From Flavobacteriales bacterium (lineage in GTDB: Bacteria > Bacteroidota > Bacteroidia > Flavobacteriales_F > PHOS-HE28): DNA of 64,000 bases. The position numbers and the translations under genes are program-made. Within the stretch, counting starts at the first letter, position 1. Each line of letters opens with the position of its first letter. The notes beneath the pieces are model-generated. The model was not told where the DNA came from. It did not search any database and saw only the letters and a program-made list of their open reading frames with translations. The stretch covers positions 31,085 through 95,084 of the forward strand of contig JBGAGX010000011.1 of assembly GCA_044226515.1 (NCBI GenBank), read 5' to 3'. Shown piece after piece: positions 41,201 through 49,606 of the stretch.

Positions 41201-41835
41201 GCAACGCCAATGAACCGGCGAGCCACGGCTTCGTCCGCTACCGGATGCGTCCCGTGGCCGGCGCACCGCACGGCACCACCATCACCAACGGCGCTGCCAT
41301 CCTGTTCGACTGGAACGAACCCGTGCTCACCAACACCGTGCTCAACACGCTGGTGGATTGCGACCTGCACGTGGCCACCATCAACGACCTGGGCGGCACC
41401 TTGGAAGCGTCCTTGGGCCAGTCCTTCCAGTGGTTCCTGAACGGCGACACGCTTACGGCCGACACGCTGCAACAACTGGAACCACAGGCGAACGGCGACT
41501 ACACCGTAGCGGTGACCTCGGAGTTCGGCTGCGTGGACATTTCAGACCCATACACCTACCTCACCACCGCTATCGACGGGAACACGGAGCCGGTCTTGAT
41601 GGTCGTGCCGAACCCGAGCCGCGGGGATCTGCTCCTCCTCGGCGCACCCGTGCTGGACCGCACCGCCCACATCGAGCTGTTGGACGCATCGGGCCGCGTG
41701 CTGCGGAGCTGGCGGGGCAACGGCGCCATGACCATGCGCCTGGACGCCCAGGACATCGCGGACGGCACCTACCTCCTGCACGTGCAGGACACGGAGAGCG
41801 TGCGCGCGGTGCGCGTGGTGATCGCCCGCCCGTGA
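38218..41835 (+). CDS. FG-GAP/VCBS repeat protein with DPNDK module and T9SS type-A CTD
   Basis: Many 'DLD.DGDLD' FG-GAP-like calcium-binding repeats. 'FDPNDKQVQPAG...YTVRFQNTGTDTAITVTILDTLDLDLD'. C-terminus 'LMVVPNPSRGDLLLLG...GTYLLHVQDTESVRAVRVVIARP'. ATG at 38218 preferred over the track's TTG at 38203. Confidence 0.75.
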   Translation: MHHFHATLLVLFSGTATAQFGPELIAYDSDLDYPTCLALADLDNDGDLDMVVGDSERTLVMWNNGGGTFSEGPVVGVGMASILRVADVNGDGHPDILSGGSGFGGVYGFGPYLNDGNGNFIAGTAVSISFTKTYGLAVADLDSDGDLDLASRAPNNLRVFWNDGTGVYTPGSTLSTNSSSGTAQVVAFDADGDGDNDLAVLGNVVQAGLYVNLGGGSFAAATPITGAGATYLSTVWDKEGDGDLDLFMAGPRWLMNDGSGTFTNGDTLSTGGVTGVAGDPDQDGDPDLFYGNTTDLNVRELRNEGTTVTALVIETVQAYSLQGVTCALGDINGDGRLDLAMCNGSSVLGWYAGDGANGWSLRHTVGQVLTWPSEALAADMDLDGDLDLVALGSRDDRIAWYPNDGTGTLGPQQPMADNMDNPADVDIFDIDQDGDSDVVLYNKNAGTVVRLRNVGMGLFVADTLAVQAGPIAHGHLNADPYPDLVCGDAWYLNDGNGGFLFQVDLGLSITNGVACGDMDGDGLDDIVLAAGQVVVITAINGVNHTQSTTSGDPWRVELADLDVDGDLDVVGMNPSTSQHWFANDGNGQLGAAQLWATGLPGSPIAMVVRDLTGDGAPDIVWSYSNGYTHRMYYVLNNGNGTMGPNTLAADANRGYTAPGLADLDGDLVEDLFCANADGTITLQQNHFHNAFRLRGSVFLDFDQNGVLDATDLKVPYRLVRTDANNVLVWTNGLGDHDLPADTGTWHLWHTPAAIYDVTNTPDTLEATLTSMDPIAEHLDIGLAPALDDTAAFLTITPINPRCNTASALQMVLRNTGTFIPENIVVHLTIVSGLTINGVFPTPTLQQGNDLYWSIDSLGWFQAWYAWVDVTTGNAGEIADYGYEITADGLPDPILMPHLGFTILCAFDPNDKQVQPAGHGMAGAIPVDTDWLDYTVRFQNTGTDTAITVTILDTLDLDLDETSMEVLDASHPLTHIQVDADRVAMFRFAGIMLPDSNANEPASHGFVRYRMRPVAGAPHGTTITNGAAILFDWNEPVLTNTVLNTLVDCDLHVATINDLGGTLEASLGQSFQWFLNGDTLTADTLQQLEPQANGDYTVAVTSEFGCVDISDPYTYLTTAIDGNTEPVLMVVPNPSRGDLLLLGAPVLDRTAHIELLDASGRVLRSWRGNGAMTMRLDAQDIADGTYLLHVQDTESVRAVRVVIARP

Positions 41836-41923
41836 CCGGAGCGCGCGCGTGTGACCGGGTACGTCCGACCCCGCCGTGCCGAGGCCGAGCCTACCTTCGT
41901 CGGCACCAACACACCTCCGCTCC

Positions 41924-42472
41924 ATGAAGAAGTTCCTGAAATGGTCGCTCATCGCCGTGGGCAGCCTGCTGATCCTGGCCTTCATCGCGTTCAAGTTCCT
42001 GCAGTACAACACCAAGAAGGCGAGCCCGGAGGACACGGTGGTGTACGACCAGGGCGGGCTGCGCATGGAGGTCTTCTACAACCGGCCCGGCAAGAAAGGC
42101 CGCGTGATCTTCGGCGGCCTGGTGCCCTACGGCAAGGTGTGGCGCACGGGGGCCAACGAGGCCACCACCTTCGAGACCAACAAGGACCTGGTGATCGGTG
42201 GCACCGCGTTGCCGGCCGGCAAGTACACGCTGTGGACCATCCCCGGCGAGGCCGAATGGACGGTGATCTTCAACAAGAAGATGTACTCCTGGGGTGTGGA
42301 CTGGAACAGCCAGCCCAGCCGCCTGCCCGAGCACGACGCCCTGCGCGTGGTGGTGCCCGTGGAGCACGGCACGGCCCCGGTGGAGCTGTTCACCATCGCC
42401 TTCCAGTCCGCCCCCCTGGGCATGACGCTGGATTGGGATGACGTGCGCATCACCGTGCCGATGGCGCAGTAA
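41924..42472 (+). CDS. DUF2911 domain-containing protein
   Basis: ATG at 41924 ('MKKFLKWSLIAVGSLLILAF'). '...VFYNRPGKKGRVIFGGLVPYGKVWRTGANEATTFETNKDLVIGG' matches the DUF2911 family. Confidence 0.75.
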   Translation: MKKFLKWSLIAVGSLLILAFIAFKFLQYNTKKASPEDTVVYDQGGLRMEVFYNRPGKKGRVIFGGLVPYGKVWRTGANEATTFETNKDLVIGGTALPAGKYTLWTIPGEAEWTVIFNKKMYSWGVDWNSQPSRLPEHDALRVVVPVEHGTAPVELFTIAFQSAPLGMTLDWDDVRITVPMAQ

Positions 42473-42517
42473 GTGCATTTGTGCACGACTTCAGGACACG
42501 CATTAGAGCAGCAAGGG

Positions 42518-43204
42518 TTATTCCCAAATCTCGTACTTCAGAAAGAACGCAAAGCTCAGAAACGGACTTGGCTGATCGTAATGCGATTCAGTGGTGTAGT
42601 AGGAAATGACACCACCTTCCAGTCTGTTCACAATGTATGAAGCGGAGACGAAATTGCTCCGATACTTGAAGTCGCCCTCAGTGGATACTGCGATTTGCTG
42701 CCCATTCGACAGCGTGTCGACCGTGGTGATCAGATAGGCGCTCCCGCGCCTCATGTAACCCAATCCGATCCCCACCCTTATCTCGCGCTCATCCCCGACC
42801 GGGAACCGGCCATTGATGGATAGAAGATGATCGGTGGTGATCGCGTTCACAGAACGTTTGATACCGGATGTGAGGTCGAAATCATAGTACAAGTGCCCAT
42901 ACTTGAAGCGAGAGCCATAGGCGACTTCGATCCGATCCTGAAAAATGTTCTTCCGCAGGTCGAAACCCACGGCAGGACCTGTTAGCTGCAGGTCTTGAGA
43001 ATAGACCCGATAGGGAACGCTTGATGTATAGGTTGTAACTCCTTGAGTGTATACCGGAGCTATCCGATACTCCAGTACGGCGTTGATGGCAAGCCAATGC
43101 GCCCCGTCCTGAGCCAAGAGACTGGATCCAAGGCAGGAGAATCCAGCCGAAGTGAAGATGACGGTTCTGCGCCAGCAGTTACGCGCGAACATGGAACTTT
43201 TCAA
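42518..43204 (-). CDS. putative outer-membrane beta-barrel protein, located in an AT-rich (about 47 % GC) islet
   Basis: Alternating hydrophobic pattern typical of beta-strands, signal-like N-terminus. GC about 47 % versus about 68 % in flanking genes. The C-terminus does not end in the usual aromatic residue, so the family is uncertain. Confidence 0.45.
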   Translation of the reverse strand: MKSSMFARNCWRRTVIFTSAGFSCLGSSLLAQDGAHWLAINAVLEYRIAPVYTQGVTTYTSSVPYRVYSQDLQLTGPAVGFDLRKNIFQDRIEVAYGSRFKYGHLYYDFDLTSGIKRSVNAITTDHLLSINGRFPVGDEREIRVGIGLGYMRRGSAYLITTVDTLSNGQQIAVSTEGDFKYRSNFVSASYIVNRLEGGVISYYTTESHYDQPSPFLSFAFFLKYEIWE

Positions 43205-43352
43205 TAGTCCTCAAGAGTTACTCCAACCTACCAGTTATCGAAAGTAAAGTTCGCAGCCGCACTAGGGTATTGACCGCCCAAGATACGTGCCATCCAGCGG
43301 CCTTTCAAGTAAGCGTCATCGGAGTAGTTTCGTGCCACATTCCATCCCTGCC

Positions 43353-43727
43353 ATGAACAATCCCTGGGTGAAGGTCCTCGTGTTCAGTCTCCTGTTCGGC
43401 GCCATCGGCTTCCTGCTCGGCCGCACCTGCTGCCATGGCGGGGGCTGCGGCCGTGACCGCGGCCACTGCGAGAAGAGCGCCGCCTGGCACGGCGAAGGCG
43501 CCTGCGACCACGGCGGTGCCTGCTGCACCGAGGGCGGAAAATGCGACAAGGCCGAATGCCACCACACCATGGGCGGCGCCTGCTGCAAGAGCCACGGCGG
43601 CCACATGGGCCAGGGCATGGCGCATGGCGAGGGCATGAAGGCCTGTTGCAAGGGCATGATGCACGGGGACAGCACCGCCATGCCGGCGGACAGCGTGCAC
43701 GCGGCGGCCCTCCACGAGCACCACTGA
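43353..43727 (+). CDS. membrane-anchored Cys/His/Met-rich (metallothionein-like) protein
   Basis: ATG at 43353. TM 'VKVLVFSLLFGAIGFLLG' followed by 'TCCHGGGCGRDRGHCEKSAAWHGEGACDHGGACCTEGGKCDKAECHH...ACCKSHGGHMGQGMAHGEGMKACCKGMMHG...LHEHH' (four CC doublets, many H and M). High GC3. Confidence 0.5.
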   Translation: MNNPWVKVLVFSLLFGAIGFLLGRTCCHGGGCGRDRGHCEKSAAWHGEGACDHGGACCTEGGKCDKAECHHTMGGACCKSHGGHMGQGMAHGEGMKACCKGMMHGDSTAMPADSVHAAALHEHH

Positions 43728-43793
43728 GGCGGCCGGGGCTTCGCCCGGGGCTGAGTATCTTCGCGGGCCCGCCCGCGGCGGGTACCAGCCAGC

Positions 43794-44837
43794 ATGCAGT
43801 TCTCCGCAGGTCAGATCGCCGAGTTCCTCCACGGGGAGGTCGATGGCAATGCCCAGGTGCTCGTCTTCGACGTGTGCAAGATCGAGGAGGGCAAGCTGGG
43901 CATGCTCGGCTTCCTCTCCAACCCCAAGTACACCGAGCACCTGTACACCACCGCCGCCAGTGTGGTGCTGGTGGACAAGGCCTTCCAGCCCACACGGCCC
44001 ATCCCCAAGCACGTCACGCTCATCCGCGTGGCCGATCCCCGGGCGGCCTTCTCCAAGCTGCTGGAGATGCACGACGCGCACCAGTACGAGAAGCGCGGGT
44101 ACGAGCAGCCCAGCTACATCAGCCCGAAGGCCACCATCGGCAAGGACGTGTACATCGGCACCTTCACCCACATCGGTGACGGGGTGGTGATCGGCGACCG
44201 CGTGAAGATCCTGCCCAACTGCACCATCGGCGACAACGTCACCATCGGTGCGGGCACGCGCATCCACGCCAACGTGGCCATCTACGGGCGCAGCGTGATC
44301 GGTGCCAACTGCATCATCCACAGCGGCACCGTGATCGGCGCCGACGGCTTCGGCTACACCATCAACGAGAAGGGCGAGCAGGAGAAGATCCCCCAGATCG
44401 GCAACGTGGTGCTCGAGGACGATGTGGAGATCGGCGCCAACTGCACCATCGACCGCGCCACCCTGGGCAGCACCATCATCCGCCGCGGCGCCAAGCTCGA
44501 CAACCTCATCCAGGTGGGGCACAACGCCGAGATCGGGCCGCACACCGTGGTGGTGTCGCAGACCGGCATCGCGGGCAGCAGCCGCATCGGCGCCCACGCC
44601 ATGATCGGCGGGCAGGTCGGCATCGCCGGTCACCTCACCGTGGGCGACCGTGTGAAGATCGCCGCGCAGAGCGGCATCGGCTCCAACATTCCCGCCGACG
44701 CCATCGTGCAGGGCAGCCCCGCCTTCGCCATCGGCGATTACAAGCGCAGCTACGTGGTGTACCGCCAGCTGCCCGACCTCAAACAACGCATCGACGCGCT
44801 GGAGAAAGAGCTCGCAGCGCTCCGCCAGAAGTCATGA
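43794..44837 (+). CDS. lpxD: UDP-3-O-(3-hydroxyacyl)glucosamine N-acyltransferase
   Basis: Hexapeptide-repeat LpxD ('...[56 protein letters not shown]...'). ATGA overlap with the next gene. Confidence 0.9.
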   Translation: MQFSAGQIAEFLHGEVDGNAQVLVFDVCKIEEGKLGMLGFLSNPKYTEHLYTTAASVVLVDKAFQPTRPIPKHVTLIRVADPRAAFSKLLEMHDAHQYEKRGYEQPSYISPKATIGKDVYIGTFTHIGDGVVIGDRVKILPNCTIGDNVTIGAGTRIHANVAIYGRSVIGANCIIHSGTVIGADGFGYTINEKGEQEKIPQIGNVVLEDDVEIGANCTIDRATLGSTIIRRGAKLDNLIQVGHNAEIGPHTVVVSQTGIAGSSRIGAHAMIGGQVGIAGHLTVGDRVKIAAQSGIGSNIPADAIVQGSPAFAIGDYKRSYVVYRQLPDLKQRIDALEKELAALRQKS

Positions 44838-46282
44838 ACCCGGACAAGCAGCATACCCTCAAGGACAGCGCCACGCTCAAGGGCGTAGGCCTCCACACGG
44901 GCGTACCCGTCACCCTCACCCTGCGCCCGGCCCCCGAAGGGCACGGCTACAAGTTCCAGCGCACCGACCTGGAGGGCGAGCCCATCATCGACGCCGATGC
45001 CGACCTGGTGGTGAGCACCGAGCGCGGCACCACCCTGGGCAGGGGCGATGTGCGCGTGAACACCACCGAGCACGTGCTCGCCGCGCTCTATGCGCTCGGC
45101 GTGGACAACTGCCTCATCCAGGTGAGCGGTCCCGAGATGCCCATCATGGACGGCAGCGCGCGCCCCTTCGTGGACGCCATCGAGGCCGTGGGCCTGCAGG
45201 AGCAGAACGCGGACCGCAACTGGTTCGTGCTCAAGGAGCCCATCTGGTTCGAGACCCAGGAGCGCGGCACCGAGATGCTCGGCGTGCCCACCCCGGGCGG
45301 CGAGTTCCGCCTCACGGTGATGGTGGACTACAACAGCCCCGTGCTCGGCACCCAGCACGCCAGCATGTACCACACCGGCGAGTTCAAGGACGAGATCGCC
45401 CCCTGCCGCACCTTCGTGTTCCTGCGCGAGCTGGAGCAGCTGGCCAAGGCCGGCCTCATCAAGGGCGGCGACCTCAACAACGCCATCGTGCTCGAGGACC
45501 GCGAGGGCACCACCAAGGAACAGCTGAAGGACCTGGCCCGGGCGCTCGGGCGCGAATACCAGGACGTGGAGATCCGCCGCAACGGCGTGCTCAACACCAC
45601 CGACCTCAAGTTCTTCAACGAGCCCGCGCGCCACAAGCTCCTCGACATCGTGGGCGACCTCGCGCTGGTGGGCCGCCCCATCAAGGGCCACATCCTCGCC
45701 GCCCGCCCCGGCCACTTCGGCAACACCACCTTCGCCAAGCGCATCAAGGAGAAGATCCGCGAGGAGGAGAAGAGCGGCGTGATGCACTTCGACCTCTCGA
45801 AGACCGTCTACGACATCAACGACATCGAGAAGATCCTGCCCCACCGCTACCCCTTCCTGCTGGTGGACCGCATCGTGGCCATGGACAAGGAGACCATCAC
45901 CGGCTACAAGAACGTGACCATGAACGAGCCGCACTTCACCGGCCACTTCCCCGGCAACCCGGTGATGCCCGGCGTGCTGCAGGTGGAGGCCATGGCGCAG
46001 GTGGGCGGCATCTTCGCCCTGAGCCAGGTGCCCGACCCCGAGAACTACACCACCTACTTCCTGAAGACCGACGGCGTGCGCTACCGCCGCAAGGTGATCC
46101 CCGGCGACACCCTCGTCTTCCACCTGCGGCTCCTCACCCCCATCCGCCGCGGCATCGTGCACATGAAGGGCGTGGGCTACGTGAACGGCCAGCCCGCCGT
46201 GGAGGCCGAGATGATGGCGCAGATCGCGCGGGACAAGGTGCCTGCCGACACGCCCAAGCCCGCCGCCAAAGCCACCGCCTGA
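44834..46282 (+). CDS. lpxC-fabZ: bifunctional UDP-3-O-acyl-GlcNAc deacetylase / 3-hydroxyacyl-ACP dehydratase (LpxC-FabZ fusion)
   Basis: N-terminal '[26 protein letters not shown]' LpxC. C-terminal '[19 protein letters not shown]...[23 protein letters not shown]' FabZ. This fusion is characteristic of Bacteroidota. Confidence 0.9.
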   Translation: MNPDKQHTLKDSATLKGVGLHTGVPVTLTLRPAPEGHGYKFQRTDLEGEPIIDADADLVVSTERGTTLGRGDVRVNTTEHVLAALYALGVDNCLIQVSGPEMPIMDGSARPFVDAIEAVGLQEQNADRNWFVLKEPIWFETQERGTEMLGVPTPGGEFRLTVMVDYNSPVLGTQHASMYHTGEFKDEIAPCRTFVFLRELEQLAKAGLIKGGDLNNAIVLEDREGTTKEQLKDLARALGREYQDVEIRRNGVLNTTDLKFFNEPARHKLLDIVGDLALVGRPIKGHILAARPGHFGNTTFAKRIKEKIREEEKSGVMHFDLSKTVYDINDIEKILPHRYPFLLVDRIVAMDKETITGYKNVTMNEPHFTGHFPGNPVMPGVLQVEAMAQVGGIFALSQVPDPENYTTYFLKTDGVRYRRKVIPGDTLVFHLRLLTPIRRGIVHMKGVGYVNGQPAVEAEMMAQIARDKVPADTPKPAAKATA

Positions 46283-46286
46283 ACCG

Positions 46287-47069
46287 ATGAGCATCTCCCC
46301 CCTCGCCTTCGTGCACCCCGATGCCCGCATCGGGAAGGACGTGACCATCGAGCCCTTCGCCATGATCTACGGCGACGTGGTGATCGGTGACGGCAGCTGG
46401 ATCGGCCCCAACAGCGTGCTCATGGACGGCGCGCGCATCGGCCGCAATTGCCGCATCTTCCCCGGCGCGGTGATCAGCGCCATCCCGCAGGACCTGAAGT
46501 TCGCCGGGGAGCGCACCACCGCCGAGGTGGGCGACGGCACCACCATCCGCGAGTGCGTCACCATCAACCGTGGCACCGCCGACCGCGAGAAGACCGCCGT
46601 GGGCAGCAACTGCCTGCTGATGGCCTACGTGCACCTGGCGCACGACACCATCGTGGGCAACAACTGCGTGATCGCCAACAGCGTGAACGTGGCCGGGCAC
46701 GTCACCATCGACGACTGGGCCATCCTCGAAGGGAACGTGGCCGTGCAGCAGTTCATCCACATCGGCGCGCACAGCTTCATCGCCGGCGCCAGCCTGGTGC
46801 GCAAGAACGTGCCACCCTTCGTGAAGGCCGCCCGCGAGCCCCTCAGCTACATCGGCGTGAACGTGGTGGGCCTGCGCCGCCGCGGCTTCGCCGACGATGC
46901 CATCGCCCGCATCGAGGACATCTACCGCGAGATCTTCGTGCGCAACACCAACGTGGACCGCGCCGTGCAGAACGTGATGCAGCAGCTGCCCCGCAGCCCC
47001 GAGCGCGGCCACATCCTCGACTTCATCAACAACAGCCCCAAGGGCATCATGCGCGGCCTGGCCGAGTAG
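46287..47069 (+). CDS. lpxA: acyl-ACP--UDP-N-acetylglucosamine O-acyltransferase
   Basis: 'AFVHPDARIGKDVTIEPFAMIYGDVVIGDGSWIGPNSV...' hexapeptide repeats and the LpxA C-terminal helical domain. Confidence 0.9.
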   Translation: MSISPLAFVHPDARIGKDVTIEPFAMIYGDVVIGDGSWIGPNSVLMDGARIGRNCRIFPGAVISAIPQDLKFAGERTTAEVGDGTTIRECVTINRGTADREKTAVGSNCLLMAYVHLAHDTIVGNNCVIANSVNVAGHVTIDDWAILEGNVAVQQFIHIGAHSFIAGASLVRKNVPPFVKAAREPLSYIGVNVVGLRRRGFADDAIARIEDIYREIFVRNTNVDRAVQNVMQQLPRSPERGHILDFINNSPKGIMRGLAE

Positions 47070-47112
47070 CAGTCTGTCATGCCGGGCTTATCCCGGCATC
47101 GCGAAAAGCCCG

Positions 47113-47733
47113 ATGCAGATCGCCTTCCGCACCGTCACCAAGTCCTTCGGGCGTGAGCGCGTGTTCCGCGCGGTGGACCACGTGTTCGCCCCGGGCAGCC
47201 GCACGGCCCTGCTGGGTCCCAACGGCAGCGGGAAGAGCACCCTGCTCATGCTCGCCGGCGGCGCCCTCATGGCCACCAAGGGCACGGTGGCGCACAGCCT
47301 GAACGGGACGGTCGTGCCGGCGGAGGAGGTGTACCGGCACGTGGCCGTGGCCGCGCCCTACCTGGGCCTGTACGAGGACCTTTCGCTCGCCGAGGCCGTG
47401 GACCTGCACGCCCGCTTCAAGCCCCTCAAGGCCGGGCTGAAGGCCGCCGACGTGGCGCGCATCGCCTACCTGGAGCATGCGCTGGAGAAGCCCGTACGCA
47501 ACTTCAGCAGCGGCATGAAGCAGCGCCTGAAGCTGGCCCTGGCCATCCTCAGCGACACCCCGCTCCTGCTGCTCGACGAGCCCACCAGCAACCTCGACGC
47601 GCAGGCCATCGCCTGGTACGGCGACCTGCTGAAGGCGCACACCGCCAGCCGCAGCCTCATCGTGGCCAGCAACCGCCAGCAGGCGGAGTACGCGCTGTGC
47701 GAGGCGATGGTGGAGGTGGAGCGGTGGAAATAG
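47113..47733 (+). CDS. ABC transporter ATP-binding protein
   Basis: Walker A 'GPNGSGKST', signature 'FSSGMKQRLKLA', Walker B 'LLLLDEPTSNLD'. Confidence 0.8.
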   Translation: MQIAFRTVTKSFGRERVFRAVDHVFAPGSRTALLGPNGSGKSTLLMLAGGALMATKGTVAHSLNGTVVPAEEVYRHVAVAAPYLGLYEDLSLAEAVDLHARFKPLKAGLKAADVARIAYLEHALEKPVRNFSSGMKQRLKLALAILSDTPLLLLDEPTSNLDAQAIAWYGDLLKAHTASRSLIVASNRQQAEYALCEAMVEVERWK

Positions 47734-47807
47734 CCCGTCCGGGCTCAGGTTCCCGGCTTCGCGCCCATTCCCTACCTTCGCGGCCGCTTTAACGACCTCC
47801 GTATCCC

Positions 47808-48371
47808 ATGGCCTCCACCGCTGACGTCAACATCGGCTCCTACATCCGCTTCAACGGCGACATCTGCCAGATCATGGAATGGCAGCACCGCACGCCGGGC
47901 AATCTGCGCGCCTTCTACCAGGGCAAGATGCGCAACCTGCGCAACGGCAAGCTGAACGAGCACCGCTGGCGCAGCGGCGAGAGCATGGAGGTGCTGCGCG
48001 TGGAGGTGCACGAGCTCCAGTACCTGTACCGCGAGGGCGACAACCTCGTGTGCATGGACCAGCAGACCTTCGACCAGAAGTACATCCCCGTGGGCCTCTT
48101 CGGCGACGCCCTCCAGTACATGAAGGAGGAGATGGTGGTGCAGATCGGCTTCGAGAGCGACACCCCGATCTTCGCCCGCCCCCCCAAGACCGTGGAACTC
48201 ACCGTGACCGAGGCCGAGCACGCCGTGAAGGGCGACACCAGCAACAAGGTGATGAAGGCCGCCAAGCTCGAGACCGGCGCCAGCATCATGGTCCCCATCT
48301 TCGTGGAGGCCGGCACCGTGGTGCGCATCGACACCGAGAGCGGCGAGTACCTGGACCGCGTGAAGAAATAA
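47808..48371 (+). CDS. efp: elongation factor P
   Basis: '...GSYIRFNGDICQIMEWQHRTPGNLRAFYQGKMRNLRNGK...' is the canonical EF-P. Confidence 0.9.
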   Translation: MASTADVNIGSYIRFNGDICQIMEWQHRTPGNLRAFYQGKMRNLRNGKLNEHRWRSGESMEVLRVEVHELQYLYREGDNLVCMDQQTFDQKYIPVGLFGDALQYMKEEMVVQIGFESDTPIFARPPKTVELTVTEAEHAVKGDTSNKVMKAAKLETGASIMVPIFVEAGTVVRIDTESGEYLDRVKK

Positions 48372-48394
48372 GGGCCACGCCCTACCCCACCGGA

Positions 48395-48435
48395 CCCCGC
48401 CCCTGCACCCGCAGGCTGGCGGGGTCCCGTTTTTC
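48395..48435 (+). terminator. rho-independent terminator downstream of efp
   Basis: GC-rich hairpin 'ccccgcc cctgc accc gcagg ct ggcgggg' followed by 'tcccgttttt'. Confidence 0.6.
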
Positions 48436-48477
48436 CGGCTGGGTTCACTGTCTACTGTGTGGGAAGGAACGTGCGCC

Positions 48478-48530
48478 GGGCACTGCCCACTGCCCACTGT
48501 CCCACTGCCCACTGTCCCACTGTCCCATCC
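48478..48530 (+). repeat. heptanucleotide tandem repeat CCCACTG(T), about 6 units, in the lpxD2 promoter/5' region
   Basis: 'cactg cccactg cccactgt cccactg cccactgt cccactgt cccatcc', read directly at 48478-48530. Ends about 40 bp upstream of the lpxD2 ATG at 48568. Confidence 0.85.
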
Positions 48531-48567
48531 CGATGCATCTGGCTCCCCGGTTACCTTTGATCCCACG

Positions 48568-49491
48568 ATGCTTCTTCCCAAGCCAATGACCGCCACGGAG
48601 GTCGCCGCGCTGATCGGCGGGCGTGCCGTGGGCGAGGTGGACCTTCCGGTGACCGGCCTCAACGAGATCAACCGCGTGGGCCCGGGCGACCTGGTCTTCG
48701 TGGACCACCCGAAGTACTACGACAAGGCCCTCAACAGCGGCGCCACCACCATCCTCATCGACAAGGAGGTCACCGTGCCCGAGGGCAAGGCCATCATCAT
48801 CAGCGACGACCCCTGCCGCGACTACAACGCCCTGGTGCGCCGCTTCATGCCGCGCCGGAACTGGAGCGAGGCGAAGCCCGTGATCGGGGAAGGCAGCGAC
48901 GTGCACCCCAGCGTGGTGATCGGCGCCGATGTCACCATCGGCAAGGATTGCGTGATCATGCCCGGCGTGGTGATCTACGAGCACACCACCATCGGCGACC
49001 GCGTGATCATCCACGCCAACACCGTGATCGGCGCCGACAGCTTCTACTACAAGAAGCGCGCGGGCGGCTACGAGAAAATGGCGGTGGGCGGCAGCGTGGT
49101 GCTGGAGGACGACGTGGAGATCGGCGCGCTGTGCACCATCGACCGCGGCGTGAGCGCCGACACCCGCATCGGGGCCGGCACCAAGATCGACAACCATGTG
49201 CAGGTGGGCCACGACACGCTCATCGGCCGCCACTGCCTCATCGCCGCCCACGTGGGCATCGCGGGCTGCTGCGTGATCGAGGACAACGTGACGCTGTGGG
49301 GCCAGGTGGGCATCCCCAGCAAGCTCACCATCGGCGCCGGGGCCGTGGTGCTGGGCCAGAGCGGCCTGATCAGCGACCTGGAGGGCGGCAAGACCTACTT
49401 CGGCTCGCCTGCCGGGGAATGGAAGCAGAAGATGCGCGAGGTGGCGCTCATGGGCCGCCTGCCTGACATCGTGAAAAAGCTCGGCGTGTGA
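48568..49491 (+). CDS. lpxD: UDP-3-O-acylglucosamine N-acyltransferase, second paralog
   Basis: 'MTATEVAALIGGRAVGE...' LpxD-type N-terminus, hexapeptide repeats and 'ADSFYYKKRAGGYEKM' LpxD core. Alternative start ATG at 48586. The track ORF's upstream extension (from 48457) runs through the repeat and is unlikely to be translated. Confidence 0.85.
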   Translation: MLLPKPMTATEVAALIGGRAVGEVDLPVTGLNEINRVGPGDLVFVDHPKYYDKALNSGATTILIDKEVTVPEGKAIIISDDPCRDYNALVRRFMPRRNWSEAKPVIGEGSDVHPSVVIGADVTIGKDCVIMPGVVIYEHTTIGDRVIIHANTVIGADSFYYKKRAGGYEKMAVGGSVVLEDDVEIGALCTIDRGVSADTRIGAGTKIDNHVQVGHDTLIGRHCLIAAHVGIAGCCVIEDNVTLWGQVGIPSKLTIGAGAVVLGQSGLISDLEGGKTYFGSPAGEWKQKMREVALMGRLPDIVKKLGV

Positions 49492-49606
49492 TGAACGACC
49501 GCTACGGCGCTACGACCGCCACGCCATCGGTCGCTGCCCACCTGGGCGGTGCGCATCCGGTGCGCCGTCGCGCCGTTGCGGTGAACCGTTCTCCGGTATT
49601 CCGACC

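Noticed and set aside
48457-48567. N-terminal extension of lpxD2 ORF translating the heptanucleotide repeat (PLPTVPLPTVPL)
   Set aside because: Extension is created by the tandem repeat. LpxD homology begins at 48568/48586, and the repeat is more plausibly promoter/5'-UTR.
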